This document shows positions 27,929 to 37,588 of a DNA stretch of 64,000 nucleotides, piece by piece. The position numbers and the translations under genes are program-made. The notes under the pieces were generated by a model. The model was not told where the DNA came from and made no database searches. It was given only the letters and a program-made list of their open reading frames with translations. Position 1 is the stretch's first letter; the number at the start of each line of letters is the position of its first letter. The DNA is from a bacterium. Its GTDB lineage: Bacteria; Patescibacteriota; Minisyncoccia; Phycocordibacterales; CALRBL01. Where the stretch lies: contig JAIYEG010000010.1 in NCBI GenBank assembly GCA_027487075.1, positions 111,270 through 175,269 on the forward strand, in the 5' to 3' direction.

Positions 27929-30244
27929 TTAACCTTTCTTCTCAATCTCCAAATGCATCATAATCCGCACGATCTCATCATCAGTTGCCTGAAGCATTTC
28001 TTTGTAGAGGCGGAGGCTTTCCTTACGGTATTCGACAAGCGGATCACGCTGTCCATACGCACGGAGGTTCACACTCTGACGTGAATAATCCATGAGCTCA
28101 AGATGATCAATCCAGAACAAGCTAATAGCTTGGAGCATGACTTGTCTCACCACATTAGTGAATTCTTTTTCAGGAATGAGCGCTTTCTTTGCATCAATTG
28201 CCGCTTTTTCTTCTTCAGTTCGTATCGCATACACCGCATTCCATTCTTCCATTACCACCTCTTCAGTGCCAGTGAGAATTTTACGACGACGATCATAGAC
28301 TGACTTTCGCTGAGTAGAGAGCACATCATCGTATTGAAGTGTGTGCTTGCGGGCATCAAAGTGGAATCCCTCGATCTTTGTCTGGGCATTCTCAAGGCCT
28401 TTACTGATAAGACCTGCTTGGATAGGTTCATCTTCGGGAATGCCAAAGCGTCCCATCATGTTCTTGATCGTATCTGTTGCAAACACTTTCATGAGATCGT
28501 CTTCAAGCGATACAAAGAACTGTGTTTCTCCGGGATCTCCTTGGCGTCCTGCTCGTCCGCGAAGCTGGTTGTCGATACGACGCGCTTCGTGACGTTCGGT
28601 ACCAAGGACGAACAAACCTCCAAGCGCGCGCACCTCCTCGACTTCTTCCGGAGTTGCCTGTGGACCTCCGAGCTTGATGTCCACTCCTCGTCCTGCCATG
28701 TTGGTAGCGATAGTCACCGCACCCTTCTTTCCAGCTTCCGCAATGATTTCTCCTTCACGTTCTGCAAACTGTGGCTTTGCATTCAAGATCTGATGCTTCA
28801 CTCCTTCCTTCTTCAAATAGTCGGCAAGTAATTCGTTCTTTTCGATCGAGACTGTACCAATGAGGATCGGTTGACCCTTTTTGTTGAGCTCTTTCACTTT
28901 CTTGGCGATAGCCATGAATTTTCCTTTTTCGGTTTGGAAGATGAGATCATTTTGATCGATACGAGCGATTGGTCGATGTGTCGGCACTTCGTATACATCA
29001 AGATTGTATACCTTGAGAAATTCTTCTTTGCTTGTTGATGCTGTTCCGGTCATTCCCGAAAGTTTTTTGTACAAGCGGAAATAGTTTTGGAACGTGATAG
29101 AAGCTGCAGTGCGTGACTCGCGCTGCACACGCACACCCTCTTTCGCTTCGATTGCTTGATGAAGGCCTTCTGACCATCGGCGACCTGGCTGAAGACGACC
29201 CGTCGATTCGTCGACGATGATCACCTCATCGCCCTTCACGACATATTCCTTGTTTACATTATAGAGCGCTTTCGCACGTACGGCGGTCTCAAGATGGTGC
29301 ACATACTTAATTCCCTTATCGGTGTAAATATTGCCGACACCAAGCATCTTCTCTGCTTTGTTGATACCTTCGTCAGTGAGTGAAATCTGTTTGAACTTCA
29401 GATCGACGGTAAAGTCCTCACCTTCAGTAAGCTTTGATGCAATCTTTGCAAAGGTTGCATAGAGATTTTCTGATTCGACAGTTGGCATTGAGATGATGAG
29501 CGGTGTACGTGCTTCATCAATGAGAATAGAGTCAATTTCGTCTACGACTGCATAGTGATAATCACGTTGACGAAGTTGTGCGGGATCACGCTCGATATTG
29601 TCGCGAAGATAATCAAAACCAAATTCATTGTTGGTACCATAGGTAATATCAGCATGATACGCATCTTTGCGTGATGCGGGTCGCAAAAATTCGTGCACGA
29701 CTTTGAAGGATGCCACTTGATCACGATTTGTATCAAGCTCAGTATGACTTGGATCATACATATATGATGCATCACCATTAATCACCCCAATGGTCATACC
29801 AAGAAATGCAAATACCTGCCCCATCCATACGGCATCACGACGTGAGAGATAGTCATTCACGGTCACTACATGCACCCCTTTTCCTTCAAGGGCATTGAGA
29901 TAAGTGGGCAACGTCGCCACCAAGGTCTTTCCTTCTCCGGTCTTCATTTCAGCAATTGCACCCTTGTGAAGGGTGATTCCGCCAAGAAGCTGCACATCGA
30001 AATGGCGCAACTTGAGTGTGCGCTGAGCTGCTTCTCGCACTACCGCAAATGCCTCAGGAAGAATATCATCGACAGTTTTCCCCTCAGCCAACTGAGCCTT
30101 AAAATAAGCGGTTTTTGCCTTAAGCTCCTCATCGGTGAGAGACTTGAGACTTTCTTCTAATGCATTAATCTTCGCAACGATCGGTGCAAACGAATCCAAC
30201 TGTTTCTGACTATGACTTTTGAAAAATGATTGTAAAAATGACAT
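27929..30244 (-). CDS. secA: Preprotein translocase ATPase SecA
   Basis: 771 aa with DEAD-like motors (MKTGEGKTLVATLP, DEVD), a preprotein cross-linking domain and a helical wing/scaffold. Confidence 0.95.
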   Translation of the reverse strand: MSFLQSFFKSHSQKQLDSFAPIVAKINALEESLKSLTDEELKAKTAYFKAQLAEGKTVDDILPEAFAVVREAAQRTLKLRHFDVQLLGGITLHKGAIAEMKTGEGKTLVATLPTYLNALEGKGVHVVTVNDYLSRRDAVWMGQVFAFLGMTIGVINGDASYMYDPSHTELDTNRDQVASFKVVHEFLRPASRKDAYHADITYGTNNEFGFDYLRDNIERDPAQLRQRDYHYAVVDEIDSILIDEARTPLIISMPTVESENLYATFAKIASKLTEGEDFTVDLKFKQISLTDEGINKAEKMLGVGNIYTDKGIKYVHHLETAVRAKALYNVNKEYVVKGDEVIIVDESTGRLQPGRRWSEGLHQAIEAKEGVRVQRESRTAASITFQNYFRLYKKLSGMTGTASTSKEEFLKVYNLDVYEVPTHRPIARIDQNDLIFQTEKGKFMAIAKKVKELNKKGQPILIGTVSIEKNELLADYLKKEGVKHQILNAKPQFAEREGEIIAEAGKKGAVTIATNMAGRGVDIKLGGPQATPEEVEEVRALGGLFVLGTERHEARRIDNQLRGRAGRQGDPGETQFFVSLEDDLMKVFATDTIKNMMGRFGIPEDEPIQAGLISKGLENAQTKIEGFHFDARKHTLQYDDVLSTQRKSVYDRRRKILTGTEEVVMEEWNAVYAIRTEEEKAAIDAKKALIPEKEFTNVVRQVMLQAISLFWIDHLELMDYSRQSVNLRAYGQRDPLVEYRKESLRLYKEMLQATDDEIVRIMMHLEIEKKG

Positions 30245-30287
30245 GTGAGTACTAGATTACCATACCCGACTGGAGGATACCACCAAG

Positions 30288-30316
30288 TAAAAACCCCGGC
30301 ACGAGACCGGGGTTTT
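30288..30316. terminator. Bidirectional rho-independent terminator
   Basis: aaaaaccccggcacgagaccggggttttt, lying between the small Lys-rich peptide gene and secA. Confidence 0.65.
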
Positions 30317-30334
30317 TACTAAGTGGGAAGAAGA

Positions 30335-30412
30335 CTACTTTCGCTTCTTTGTTGACTTCTTCTTTGTAGCCTTTTTCTTTGCTACCTTCTTTGCTTTTTT
30401 CTTTGCTGCCAT
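30335..30412 (-). CDS. 25-aa Lys/Ala-rich small basic peptide
   Basis: MAAKKKAKKVAKKKATKKKSTKKRK*. Its ATG is followed by a clean frame and a terminator 20 nt after the stop. The 60-aa ORF 30335..30517 is the same frame extended into AT-rich leader sequence. Confidence 0.4.
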   Translation of the reverse strand: MAAKKKAKKVAKKKATKKKSTKKRK

Positions 30413-30597
30413 ATGAGTAGTATAAAATTTTATTTTTAAGAGTATGCGGAGAACGACTTTTATAAAAATATTTTCTCTGCAATACCTGAAGTAATTATCA
30501 TACAAATAATTTTTCATTACAATTATTTTTTACACAAATGTGTGGATAACTTTACATTTTGTTTTTTGAATTTTTTCCACATAATTATTTTAAAAAT

Positions 30598-30657
30598 TTC
30601 CACGGATATTTTTTTACTAAAAAATTCCTCGTGTTCGCTCCGTCGAGCCTCACAAGG
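30598..30657. repeat. Inverted-orientation core copy (D) of the repeated structured element
   Basis: Its reverse complement, ccttgtgaggctcgacggagcgaacacgaggaattttttagtaaaaaaatatccgtgg, matches the copy B core at 13261-13318 at about 90 percent. It lies in a 350-bp AT-rich spacer. Confidence 0.5.
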
Positions 30658-30767
30658 AAAATTTTTTAAAATAATTTTGTAATAAAAACTCAAAATCAAA
30701 ATTTGCTTAATACAAAAAAACTACCCTCCTCCCGTGAAGGAGAAGGGTGTTTGTTTTGTGAGCTGCT

Positions 30768-31418
30768 TCACCCGGAAATTTTGAGGCCAAACTTTGCCAA
30801 AAAATCTTCCAAGCATCGCAACCTGTCTGCATCTGTTGAACCGTAGATTGGTGCATAACCTCGGCTACTTGTGTCGAGCATAGCAACAAATGACATCAGA
30901 ACGTCTTGTGGCTGATATGCCACATTAACGATGTGAAGCCAATCGAGTTTTTGAAACTCGGAAGCGAGATTATCGCTGATACCGAGAGCTGTCAAACTGA
31001 AAGAACGGTACACTTCCTGCTCAAGCAGGCCAGCGATCTTATCGCTGCAGCCAACCACCCCACGCTCCCTCAAATATTCCCGCAGTATCCACCATGTCTT
31101 TTTACCCACATCTCGCATCTTAAGGAATTGAGCTTCAGTCATTCGAGTGATTTGTCCCAGTGTATGCACACCAGCTTTCTTGAGATTGTTGACCAACCTG
31201 AGATGGAGAAGCCCTGGCGGCAACTCATCGATTTTTGTTGCAAAGATTGCGTCCAACGCGTCACCTTCGAAAACGAGTTCAACTGTTGGTGAAGTCGCAA
31301 AACTTACTGCAACTTGTGCCATCATCCCCGAAGGAATGAGATCATGTGATGTGAGGTAACCTTCGACGAGTGAAGTCAAGGCAGCGGTATGTTCAGGAGA
31401 AAGAGAGAAAGTATTCAT
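30768..31418 (-). CDS. Hypothetical protein with an RNA polymerase alpha-CTD-like helix-hairpin-helix
   Basis: 216 aa. The segment LRLVNNLKKAGVHTLGQITRMTEAQFLKMRDVGKKTWWILREYL resembles the alphaCTD (RpoA_CTD) fold. Confidence 0.45.
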   Translation of the reverse strand: MNTFSLSPEHTAALTSLVEGYLTSHDLIPSGMMAQVAVSFATSPTVELVFEGDALDAIFATKIDELPPGLLHLRLVNNLKKAGVHTLGQITRMTEAQFLKMRDVGKKTWWILREYLRERGVVGCSDKIAGLLEQEVYRSFSLTALGISDNLASEFQKLDWLHIVNVAYQPQDVLMSFVAMLDTSSRGYAPIYGSTDADRLRCLEDFLAKFGLKISG

Positions 31419-31460
31419 TTAAGCATCTTTTAACACAAAAATCAAAAGTGGTCAAAATAC

Positions 31461-31494
31461 AAAAAACACCTCGCGTGATGCGAAGTGTTTTTTG
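31461..31494. terminator. Bidirectional terminator downstream of nrdB
   Basis: aaaaaacacctcgcgtgatgcgaagtgttttttg. Confidence 0.5.
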
Positions 31495-31680
31495 TATTTG
31501 TATCCCCACTCATGGCGAGCGGGTGCGAGCTCCAAAGTAAATATCTATGTGAGTGCAGTCGCTCGCCATGACTGAGGACACTCATCACCCATTATTAAGT
31601 AGTTCCGCATAAAAATCAAATATAAAACAGCACTTTATGAGTGCTGTTTTATATATTATTTATCTTGTCTCTCGATCTTA

Positions 31681-32679
31681 CTACTTCGCCGTAGCTGCCA
31701 CCTTGTGTGCGTGTGAATCCACTTCATAGCTCGTGTTCTGCATTTCAAAGAAGTTCACGAGTTCGTGCACGTCAGTTGCAGTTGCCATCCACTTTGCAGG
31801 GTTGGTTACATTATAGTGTGGTTCGAAACCAAGCTCTTCAAGACGTCGGTCGGCCACATACTTTACGTACTGATTGATGTAGTCGGCGTTGAGACCGAGA
31901 ATTCCTCGTGGGAACAAATCCTGGTTGTATGCCACTTCAAGCTCAACTCCCTGAATGATGATGTTACGAATTTCGTCGGCAAATTCCGCGCTCACTACCG
32001 CTTCGTTTTCTGCGAGGATTTCGGTCACAAGATTGATACCAAATTTGAGGTGAAGTGATTCGTCGCGAAGCACCCATGAAATCATTGAACCAAAGTTGCG
32101 AAGCTGGTTGCGCTGACGGAATGAGAGAGCCACCATAAATCCTGAGTAGAACCACACTCCTTCCATCACCACATTGGTTGCAATGAGGTTTCGGATAAAG
32201 TCGCGCTTACCTTCTGGTGTATCGATATCGAGTGTGCTTTCAGTCATGCGCTTGACGTACTGTGATACAAACTCTTCTTTTGCAAGCATTGAAGGTACTT
32301 CGAGGTGAAGCTTGAAGATCTGCTCACGATCAAAGCCGAAGGTCTGAAGCACGTATTCGAATGACACACAGTGGTTTGCCTCTTCCCACATTTGCTTTGC
32401 GAGGTAGAGGTGAGCTTCAGGAGCCTTGAGGTACGGATATACACCAAGAGCAATCGAACGATTCACAATAAGTTCTGCTGGGTTGAAGAATGCCATCAAG
32501 AATTTCACGGCATGTTGCTCGTCAGGAGTCATTGCCTGAAAATCGCGTACATCTTCGCCGAGTGCAATTTCGTGTGGAAACCATGTATTACGCACTGCTT
32601 GCTGATACAAATCGTATGCCCATTGATATTTAATGGGGTGAAGTGTCATGTCTTCTGGTGAAGCTTTTCCTAATAGCAT
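31681..32679 (-). CDS. nrdB: Ribonucleotide reductase class I beta subunit
   Basis: 332 aa with ferritin-like di-iron ligands (EEANH...E..H motifs) and a tyrosyl-radical region. Confidence 0.9.
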   Translation of the reverse strand: MLLGKASPEDMTLHPIKYQWAYDLYQQAVRNTWFPHEIALGEDVRDFQAMTPDEQHAVKFLMAFFNPAELIVNRSIALGVYPYLKAPEAHLYLAKQMWEEANHCVSFEYVLQTFGFDREQIFKLHLEVPSMLAKEEFVSQYVKRMTESTLDIDTPEGKRDFIRNLIATNVVMEGVWFYSGFMVALSFRQRNQLRNFGSMISWVLRDESLHLKFGINLVTEILAENEAVVSAEFADEIRNIIIQGVELEVAYNQDLFPRGILGLNADYINQYVKYVADRRLEELGFEPHYNVTNPAKWMATATDVHELVNFFEMQNTSYEVDSHAHKVAATAK

Positions 32680-32718
32680 ATATGTTGTGAAATTAATTAT
32701 TAATAAATACTAACCACT

Positions 32719-35418
32719 CTACTGACAACTATCACACTGCATCGCATCTGCGGGATCGGTCGGATAATTTGCAGATCGCACCACCTTGAACTTTTTGGGC
32801 TCAGGAGCTGCTGGCTGCGTTGACTGCTGCGTGCTACCAAACAATGTTGCTGCGGGTTCTGGAGTGATACCTTCAAAAGGTTTTGGTTTTTCGAGTTCTG
32901 CTGATGCGGGAACTTCTGGTACTTCGACAGTATGTGTGGTCATCTGTGCGAGAGATACCGGCACGAGCTCTGGCTGATCGACTTCGATAGGACTCTTGAT
33001 TGCCACTTCTTCTTTTGGAAGCTCGGTCTTTACCGATGCAAATGCGCCGAATGCCTTGCGTCCGAGTTTTGCCGACTTATCTACCTTCACCGTGCTTTGC
33101 TCTGCGGTATGACGAGGCTTGAGGTGGAGATAGTACGTAGACTTGAGCCCCTTCTTCCATGCTGTTGAGTAGATATTGATGGTCTCATCGATGTCACGTG
33201 TCTCGAGATACATATTTCGTGAGAGCGCCTGATCAACCCACTTCTGTGCGCGTGCCGCTACTTCGATGTATCCGTAAGGAGAGGTAGTGAATGATGTCTT
33301 GTAAATTGATTTCAAGTGATCAGGGATACCAGGGATATCAGAGATATCTCCCTGCTTCTCGATGATGAGGTCTTTCACCTTGTCCCAAAGTCCCATGTTC
33401 TTGAGATCCTTCACGAGGTTATGATTCACATCCATGTACTTTCCTGAAATCTTGTTGCGAGAGAATACCTGCGCGAAGCGTGGATCGAAACCTGGAGTAG
33501 TACCCACGAGAAGTCCGATGTTTGCATTTGGTGCTACTGCCATGAGGGTAGCGTTTCGCATTCCCTTCTTTACTTTTTCGCGAAGGAGATCCCAGTTGAG
33601 CCCCTTATGCTTACTTCCCTTGTCGATAGAAAGTTCGATGCCACGACCTTCTTCGAGTGTCTTGATGCTGTCGATAGGTACGCGACCCTTTGACCACTCT
33701 GAACCTTGGAAGTGTTTGTATGAACCTCGCTCTTGAGCAAGATTGGTGCTTTCATCGATGGCCATGTAGCTGATGAATTCGAAGACACGGTCTGCGAAGT
33801 CGTAAGCATGTTCGCTGTCGTATGCCATACCAAGCTGTTCGATAGTATCTGAGAATCCCATCACTCCAAGACCCATCGCGCGATTTTCTTTGTCTGAACG
33901 TTCTGCTTCTGGAATAGGAAGCACGTTGATATCGATGAGGTTATCGAGCTGACGCACCGCGAGACGCACTGACTTTTCGAGCTTACCCCAATTCACTTCT
34001 TTGCGACTGACGTGAGCAGCGAGGTTGATGGAAGCCAAGTTACATACCGCCACATTATCTTTGTCTTGTGGAAGACAAATTTCTGTACAGAGGTTCGACA
34101 TGTGAATGGTGCCGGTGTTGTTGTTGAGAGCGCGGAGGTTGATCGAATCTTTCCACGTGATCCACGGGTGAGACGTAGACTGCAATGCAGAAATAATATT
34201 GCGGAATTGCTCTTCTGCAGGCACTTTCTTGAAGACTCGAAGCTTTCCTGCTTCTGCCATTTCGATGTACTCAGCATAGCGCTTGCTAAATGCCTGTCCG
34301 TAGAGCTCATTGAGGTCAGGAGTTTCTACGGGATCGAACATATACCAATCACCATGAGACTCAACTCGCTTCATGAATTCGTCTGAAAGGAAACACGCAG
34401 TGTTTGCGGTGCGCATACGCATGTAGTCATCGCCCGCATTGTGCTTCCAGTCGATAAACTCTGGGAAGTCGATGTGCCAGTTCTCCATGTAGAAACAGAG
34501 GGCGCCTTTTTTCTTTCCTCCTCGCTGAATAGCGCGAATAGCCGTATCGATGATTTTGGCAAAAGGAGTGGGGCCAGTAGAAGTACCATTGTTTGACTTG
34601 AGTGGTGATCCTGCAGCGCGAAGCTTCGTCACTGATGCACCAATACCTCCGGAACCTTTCGAAAGAAGCATCACGTCTGCAACAGACTTTGCGATATGCC
34701 CCATGTCGTCATGGATTTCCATGAGGTAGCAGTTTGAAAGTGCGGCGTTTGGCGTACCTGCTCCGAGGTTTGCTGATCCTCCTGCAATATATTCAAACTT
34801 CGACATCTTGTCGTAGAAGATCTTTGCCCATTCGGTAGGATTCTTTTCGTTCATCGAAAGACCCATAGCCACACGCATAAAGAAGTATTGGGGAGTTTCG
34901 ATAGTATCTTGTGTTTTGTAGTGCTTGAGGGCATAACGACTCAAAAAACCTGAAAGCCCAGCATAGAGGAACTGGTCATCACGATCGATGCGGAGCGCGT
35001 CTGCGAGAACTTCGAGATCGAAGAGCTTTTCCATGCGCTCATCGAGGCGCTTATCCTCTACACCATTCTTTACATATGAGATAAAGCCTTCACGATGCTT
35101 CTTTTTAAGATCTTCAGAGTTTTCTTTGTTGTAATCACCAATTACTTTTCTATATATAGTCTTGAGAAGGAGGCGGGTAGCGATCTTGTCATACTCGATA
35201 TCCTCTTTAATATTTTGTACTGCAGCATTGATGGTCGCCTGATCGAGCTCATCGGTAGAAATACCATCGTAGAGTGTGATCTGGGTCTCTGTTGCTATCT
35301 GAATAACCTTCGAAACTGGATCGGTAAGGCCGTGTGCTGCCCGCTCGATCGACCGGTTGATAAGATCTGCATTAAACGGCTCTCTGGTACCGTCTTGTTT
35401 TGTAATGGTGATGTTCAT
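32719..35418 (-). CDS. nrdA: Ribonucleotide reductase class I alpha subunit with N-terminal ATP-cone and a long low-complexity C-terminal tail ending in CxxC
   Basis: The start is MNITITKQDGTREPF at 35418. It has the ATP-cone, the catalytic NLCTEI Cys, and a tail of about 150 aa ending ...QCDSCQ. Confidence 0.9.
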   Translation of the reverse strand: MNITITKQDGTREPFNADLINRSIERAAHGLTDPVSKVIQIATETQITLYDGISTDELDQATINAAVQNIKEDIEYDKIATRLLLKTIYRKVIGDYNKENSEDLKKKHREGFISYVKNGVEDKRLDERMEKLFDLEVLADALRIDRDDQFLYAGLSGFLSRYALKHYKTQDTIETPQYFFMRVAMGLSMNEKNPTEWAKIFYDKMSKFEYIAGGSANLGAGTPNAALSNCYLMEIHDDMGHIAKSVADVMLLSKGSGGIGASVTKLRAAGSPLKSNNGTSTGPTPFAKIIDTAIRAIQRGGKKKGALCFYMENWHIDFPEFIDWKHNAGDDYMRMRTANTACFLSDEFMKRVESHGDWYMFDPVETPDLNELYGQAFSKRYAEYIEMAEAGKLRVFKKVPAEEQFRNIISALQSTSHPWITWKDSINLRALNNNTGTIHMSNLCTEICLPQDKDNVAVCNLASINLAAHVSRKEVNWGKLEKSVRLAVRQLDNLIDINVLPIPEAERSDKENRAMGLGVMGFSDTIEQLGMAYDSEHAYDFADRVFEFISYMAIDESTNLAQERGSYKHFQGSEWSKGRVPIDSIKTLEEGRGIELSIDKGSKHKGLNWDLLREKVKKGMRNATLMAVAPNANIGLLVGTTPGFDPRFAQVFSRNKISGKYMDVNHNLVKDLKNMGLWDKVKDLIIEKQGDISDIPGIPDHLKSIYKTSFTTSPYGYIEVAARAQKWVDQALSRNMYLETRDIDETINIYSTAWKKGLKSTYYLHLKPRHTAEQSTVKVDKSAKLGRKAFGAFASVKTELPKEEVAIKSPIEVDQPELVPVSLAQMTTHTVEVPEVPASAELEKPKPFEGITPEPAATLFGSTQQSTQPAAPEPKKFKVVRSANYPTDPADAMQCDSCQ

Positions 35419-35627
35419 ATCGAAGAAAATTTTACCACGAGGTGAACGAATGAACAGCACGTTTTCCCCTGTTTTTTGTATGAAGAAACAAATTCAAAAG
35501 CCTATCAACCCACCCGTCAAAATAGCCCTAAAATAAGTGCCGAAATGACCAAGATAAAGTTTTTATAAAATGCAAGCCCTTTTTTGCTTTACTTCCTCTC
35601 TCTGTGCCTTACAATTATCCACATATG

Positions 35628-36290
35628 CGCATGCTCATCATCGAAGACGAACAAGAAATCCGAGAATATTTGAAGATAAATTTTGAAAAAGAGGGCTATG
35701 TCGTCGATACTGCTGAGGATGGCGAACACGGCTCATACCTCGCACGCACGAATGAGTATCAGATCATCATTCTTGATCACATTCTCCCCAAGAAGACTGG
35801 TCTTAAGGTTGTCGAGGATATCCGCGAGAGTCTTCGCTCTGTCCCCATCATCATGCTCTCGGTAGAAACCGCTATTCCAAACAAGATCAACTGCTTCAAA
35901 GCCGGCGCAGACGACTATGTCACCAAGCCCTTCTCATACCAAGAGCTTACTATGCGCATCAAGACCGTACTCAAGCGCCCCTACGACATCAAAAGCTCTA
36001 CCTATACGATAAACGACCTCACGATCTACACCGACAAACAGCAAGTCACCAAGAATGGCAAAGAGCTTCCCCTCACCCGCAAAGAATTCATGCTCCTTGA
36101 GTGTCTCGCAAAAGAAAAAGGTCGTGTTCTCACCCGTGGCGCTCTCATGGAAAACGTCTGGGATATGAACATCGACCCCTTCTCAAATACTTTAGAGACT
36201 CATATTCTCAACCTTCGCAAAAAGATTGGTAAAAACGGCAAGAATATCATCAAGACCGTTACAGGAAGAGGTTATCGTATTGCTGAATAG
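35628..36290 (+). CDS. OmpR/PhoB-family response regulator
   Basis: It starts MRMLIIEDE, with a receiver (D, D, K) and a winged-helix C-terminus (...VTGRGYRIAE). No histidine kinase is adjacent. Confidence 0.85.
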   Translation, partial: RMLIIEDEQEIREYLKINFEKEGYVVDTAEDGEHGSYLARTNEYQIIILDHILPKKTGLKVVEDIRESLRSVPIIMLSVETAIPNKINCFKAGADDYVTKPFSYQELTMRIKTVLKRPYDIKSSTYTINDLTIYTDKQQVTKNGKELPLTRKEFMLLECLAKEKGRVLTRGALMENVWDMNIDPFSNTLETHILNLRKKIGKNGKNIIKTVTGRGYRIAE

Positions 36291-36999
36291 GCACAGTGAA
36301 TTCTTGAAGACCGAGTACATACGGACCCACTTGGTATTGCTGAAACACAAACGTAATATTATCTCCTTCGACAAACCATGTATTCCAATTTTCAATCTTT
36401 GGTGCTGTTCCCTCTTTGATAGTCATCTCATTTGCATCCTCACCGAGATGTTTGATCAGATATACTTGAGCGGCTTCACTAAGTTGCGGCAAGACGGTGG
36501 GATTGATCTCTACTTTTTTACCTGAACGATCATATGTGTACGTTGTTATAAAGGTGCCTCCATGAGCACCACCTGTGTCCATGTAGGTAGTGAGCACATA
36601 CGTTATACTTGAAGATGAAGTACTGACCGCGGTCGTCATCAAAAGTGAGTAGGAACGATCTTTGGTAAGACCAATATACGCCGCTTCTTCATCAGTCTTT
36701 GGTACCATATCCATAAACTGTGTTCGTATAGAATCAACGTATGATTGAATATCCCCCAAACGATTATCAACGTTCTTTGGATATTCCATATCTATGTTGT
36801 AATACGAACCCACGATGTGTTCTGTCTCAAAAGGCACTGGTGTGAGCGGAGTTTCTGTTGATGGTGTTGATGTTGCCTGTTGAGACAGCGTATCTGCTCG
36901 CCTACTATCCTTCCATGCGCTGAGTGACGCGAACATAGCAATAAGCGCAGATCCTCCGAGGACAATACCTACAAGCAACATAACTTTTTTTCTATTCAT
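36259..36999 (-). CDS. Membrane-anchored DUF3298/DUF4163 (RsiV-like) domain protein
   Basis: 246 aa with an N-terminal TM helix and a TGGAHG motif. It converges on the response regulator and overlaps it by 32 bp. Confidence 0.55.
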   Translation of the reverse strand: MNRKKVMLLVGIVLGGSALIAMFASLSAWKDSRRADTLSQQATSTPSTETPLTPVPFETEHIVGSYYNIDMEYPKNVDNRLGDIQSYVDSIRTQFMDMVPKTDEEAAYIGLTKDRSYSLLMTTAVSTSSSSITYVLTTYMDTGGAHGGTFITTYTYDRSGKKVEINPTVLPQLSEAAQVYLIKHLGEDANEMTIKEGTAPKIENWNTWFVEGDNITFVFQQYQVGPYVLGLQEFTVPIQQYDNLFL

Positions 37000-37002
37000 A
37001 TA

Positions 37003-37566
37003 TTATGAAGTGATCGTAAAGCTATCGACTACTGTTTTGATTGCTTTATCAAGAACATCCTGATCGAATGACACCACCGCTCCAGGCTCGTAGTTGGCAA
37101 TATTCATCGAATGCACAAAAAGCGTTATTTCATAACACATGCCCGGTTGACCTTTGGTATAGACCAGTGAGTGATAAAAATTACCTGCTCCTGCTTCTTC
37201 GGTGATGATAGGATCCTTACCAGCCGCTACACATGTTGAACTTGCGGCAAGCTTCTCAATATAGATGCGACTATCTGTTGCAAGGTTGGTGCCTGTTGTA
37301 AGTTGTGGTGGTACTACAAACGATACCCCTTTATTAAAAAGATCATCTTCAGTTGAGGTTGCTAGAATAAAATCTTTTGGATAGTGCACCCGATACCCAT
37401 CATTTGTGTTTATATATGTAGCAGTATTTGTATCGGAAACCACAGGAGGAGCTTCCTGACTTTGCTTTTCTCTTACATCAAACGGAACCACATCACGAAC
37501 GGCATACACGAATACACCCATAAACACCACGAAGATCACCGTCCATGTAAGTGTGCTTCTTTTCAT
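37003..37566 (-). CDS. Hypothetical membrane-anchored or secreted protein
   Basis: 187 aa with an N-terminal TM helix. No recognisable family. Confidence 0.4.
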   Translation of the reverse strand: MKRSTLTWTVIFVVFMGVFVYAVRDVVPFDVREKQSQEAPPVVSDTNTATYINTNDGYRVHYPKDFILATSTEDDLFNKGVSFVVPPQLTTGTNLATDSRIYIEKLAASSTCVAAGKDPIITEEAGAGNFYHSLVYTKGQPGMCYEITLFVHSMNIANYEPGAVVSFDQDVLDKAIKTVVDSFTITS

Positions 37567-37588
37567 ATGGTAAGTGTATCACAGATGC

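Noticed and set aside
30413-30517. Longer 60-aa version of the Lys-rich peptide ORF
   Set aside because: The upstream 35 codons are AT-rich with promoter-like TATAAA/TTGCAG spacing and have no coding character. The short ATG-initiated form is preferred.
35461-35627. NrdR box search upstream of nrdA
   Set aside because: No convincing 16-bp acaCwAtATaTwGtgt-like palindrome pair was found by eye. Only a CATATG-centred short palindrome is present, which is not reportable.
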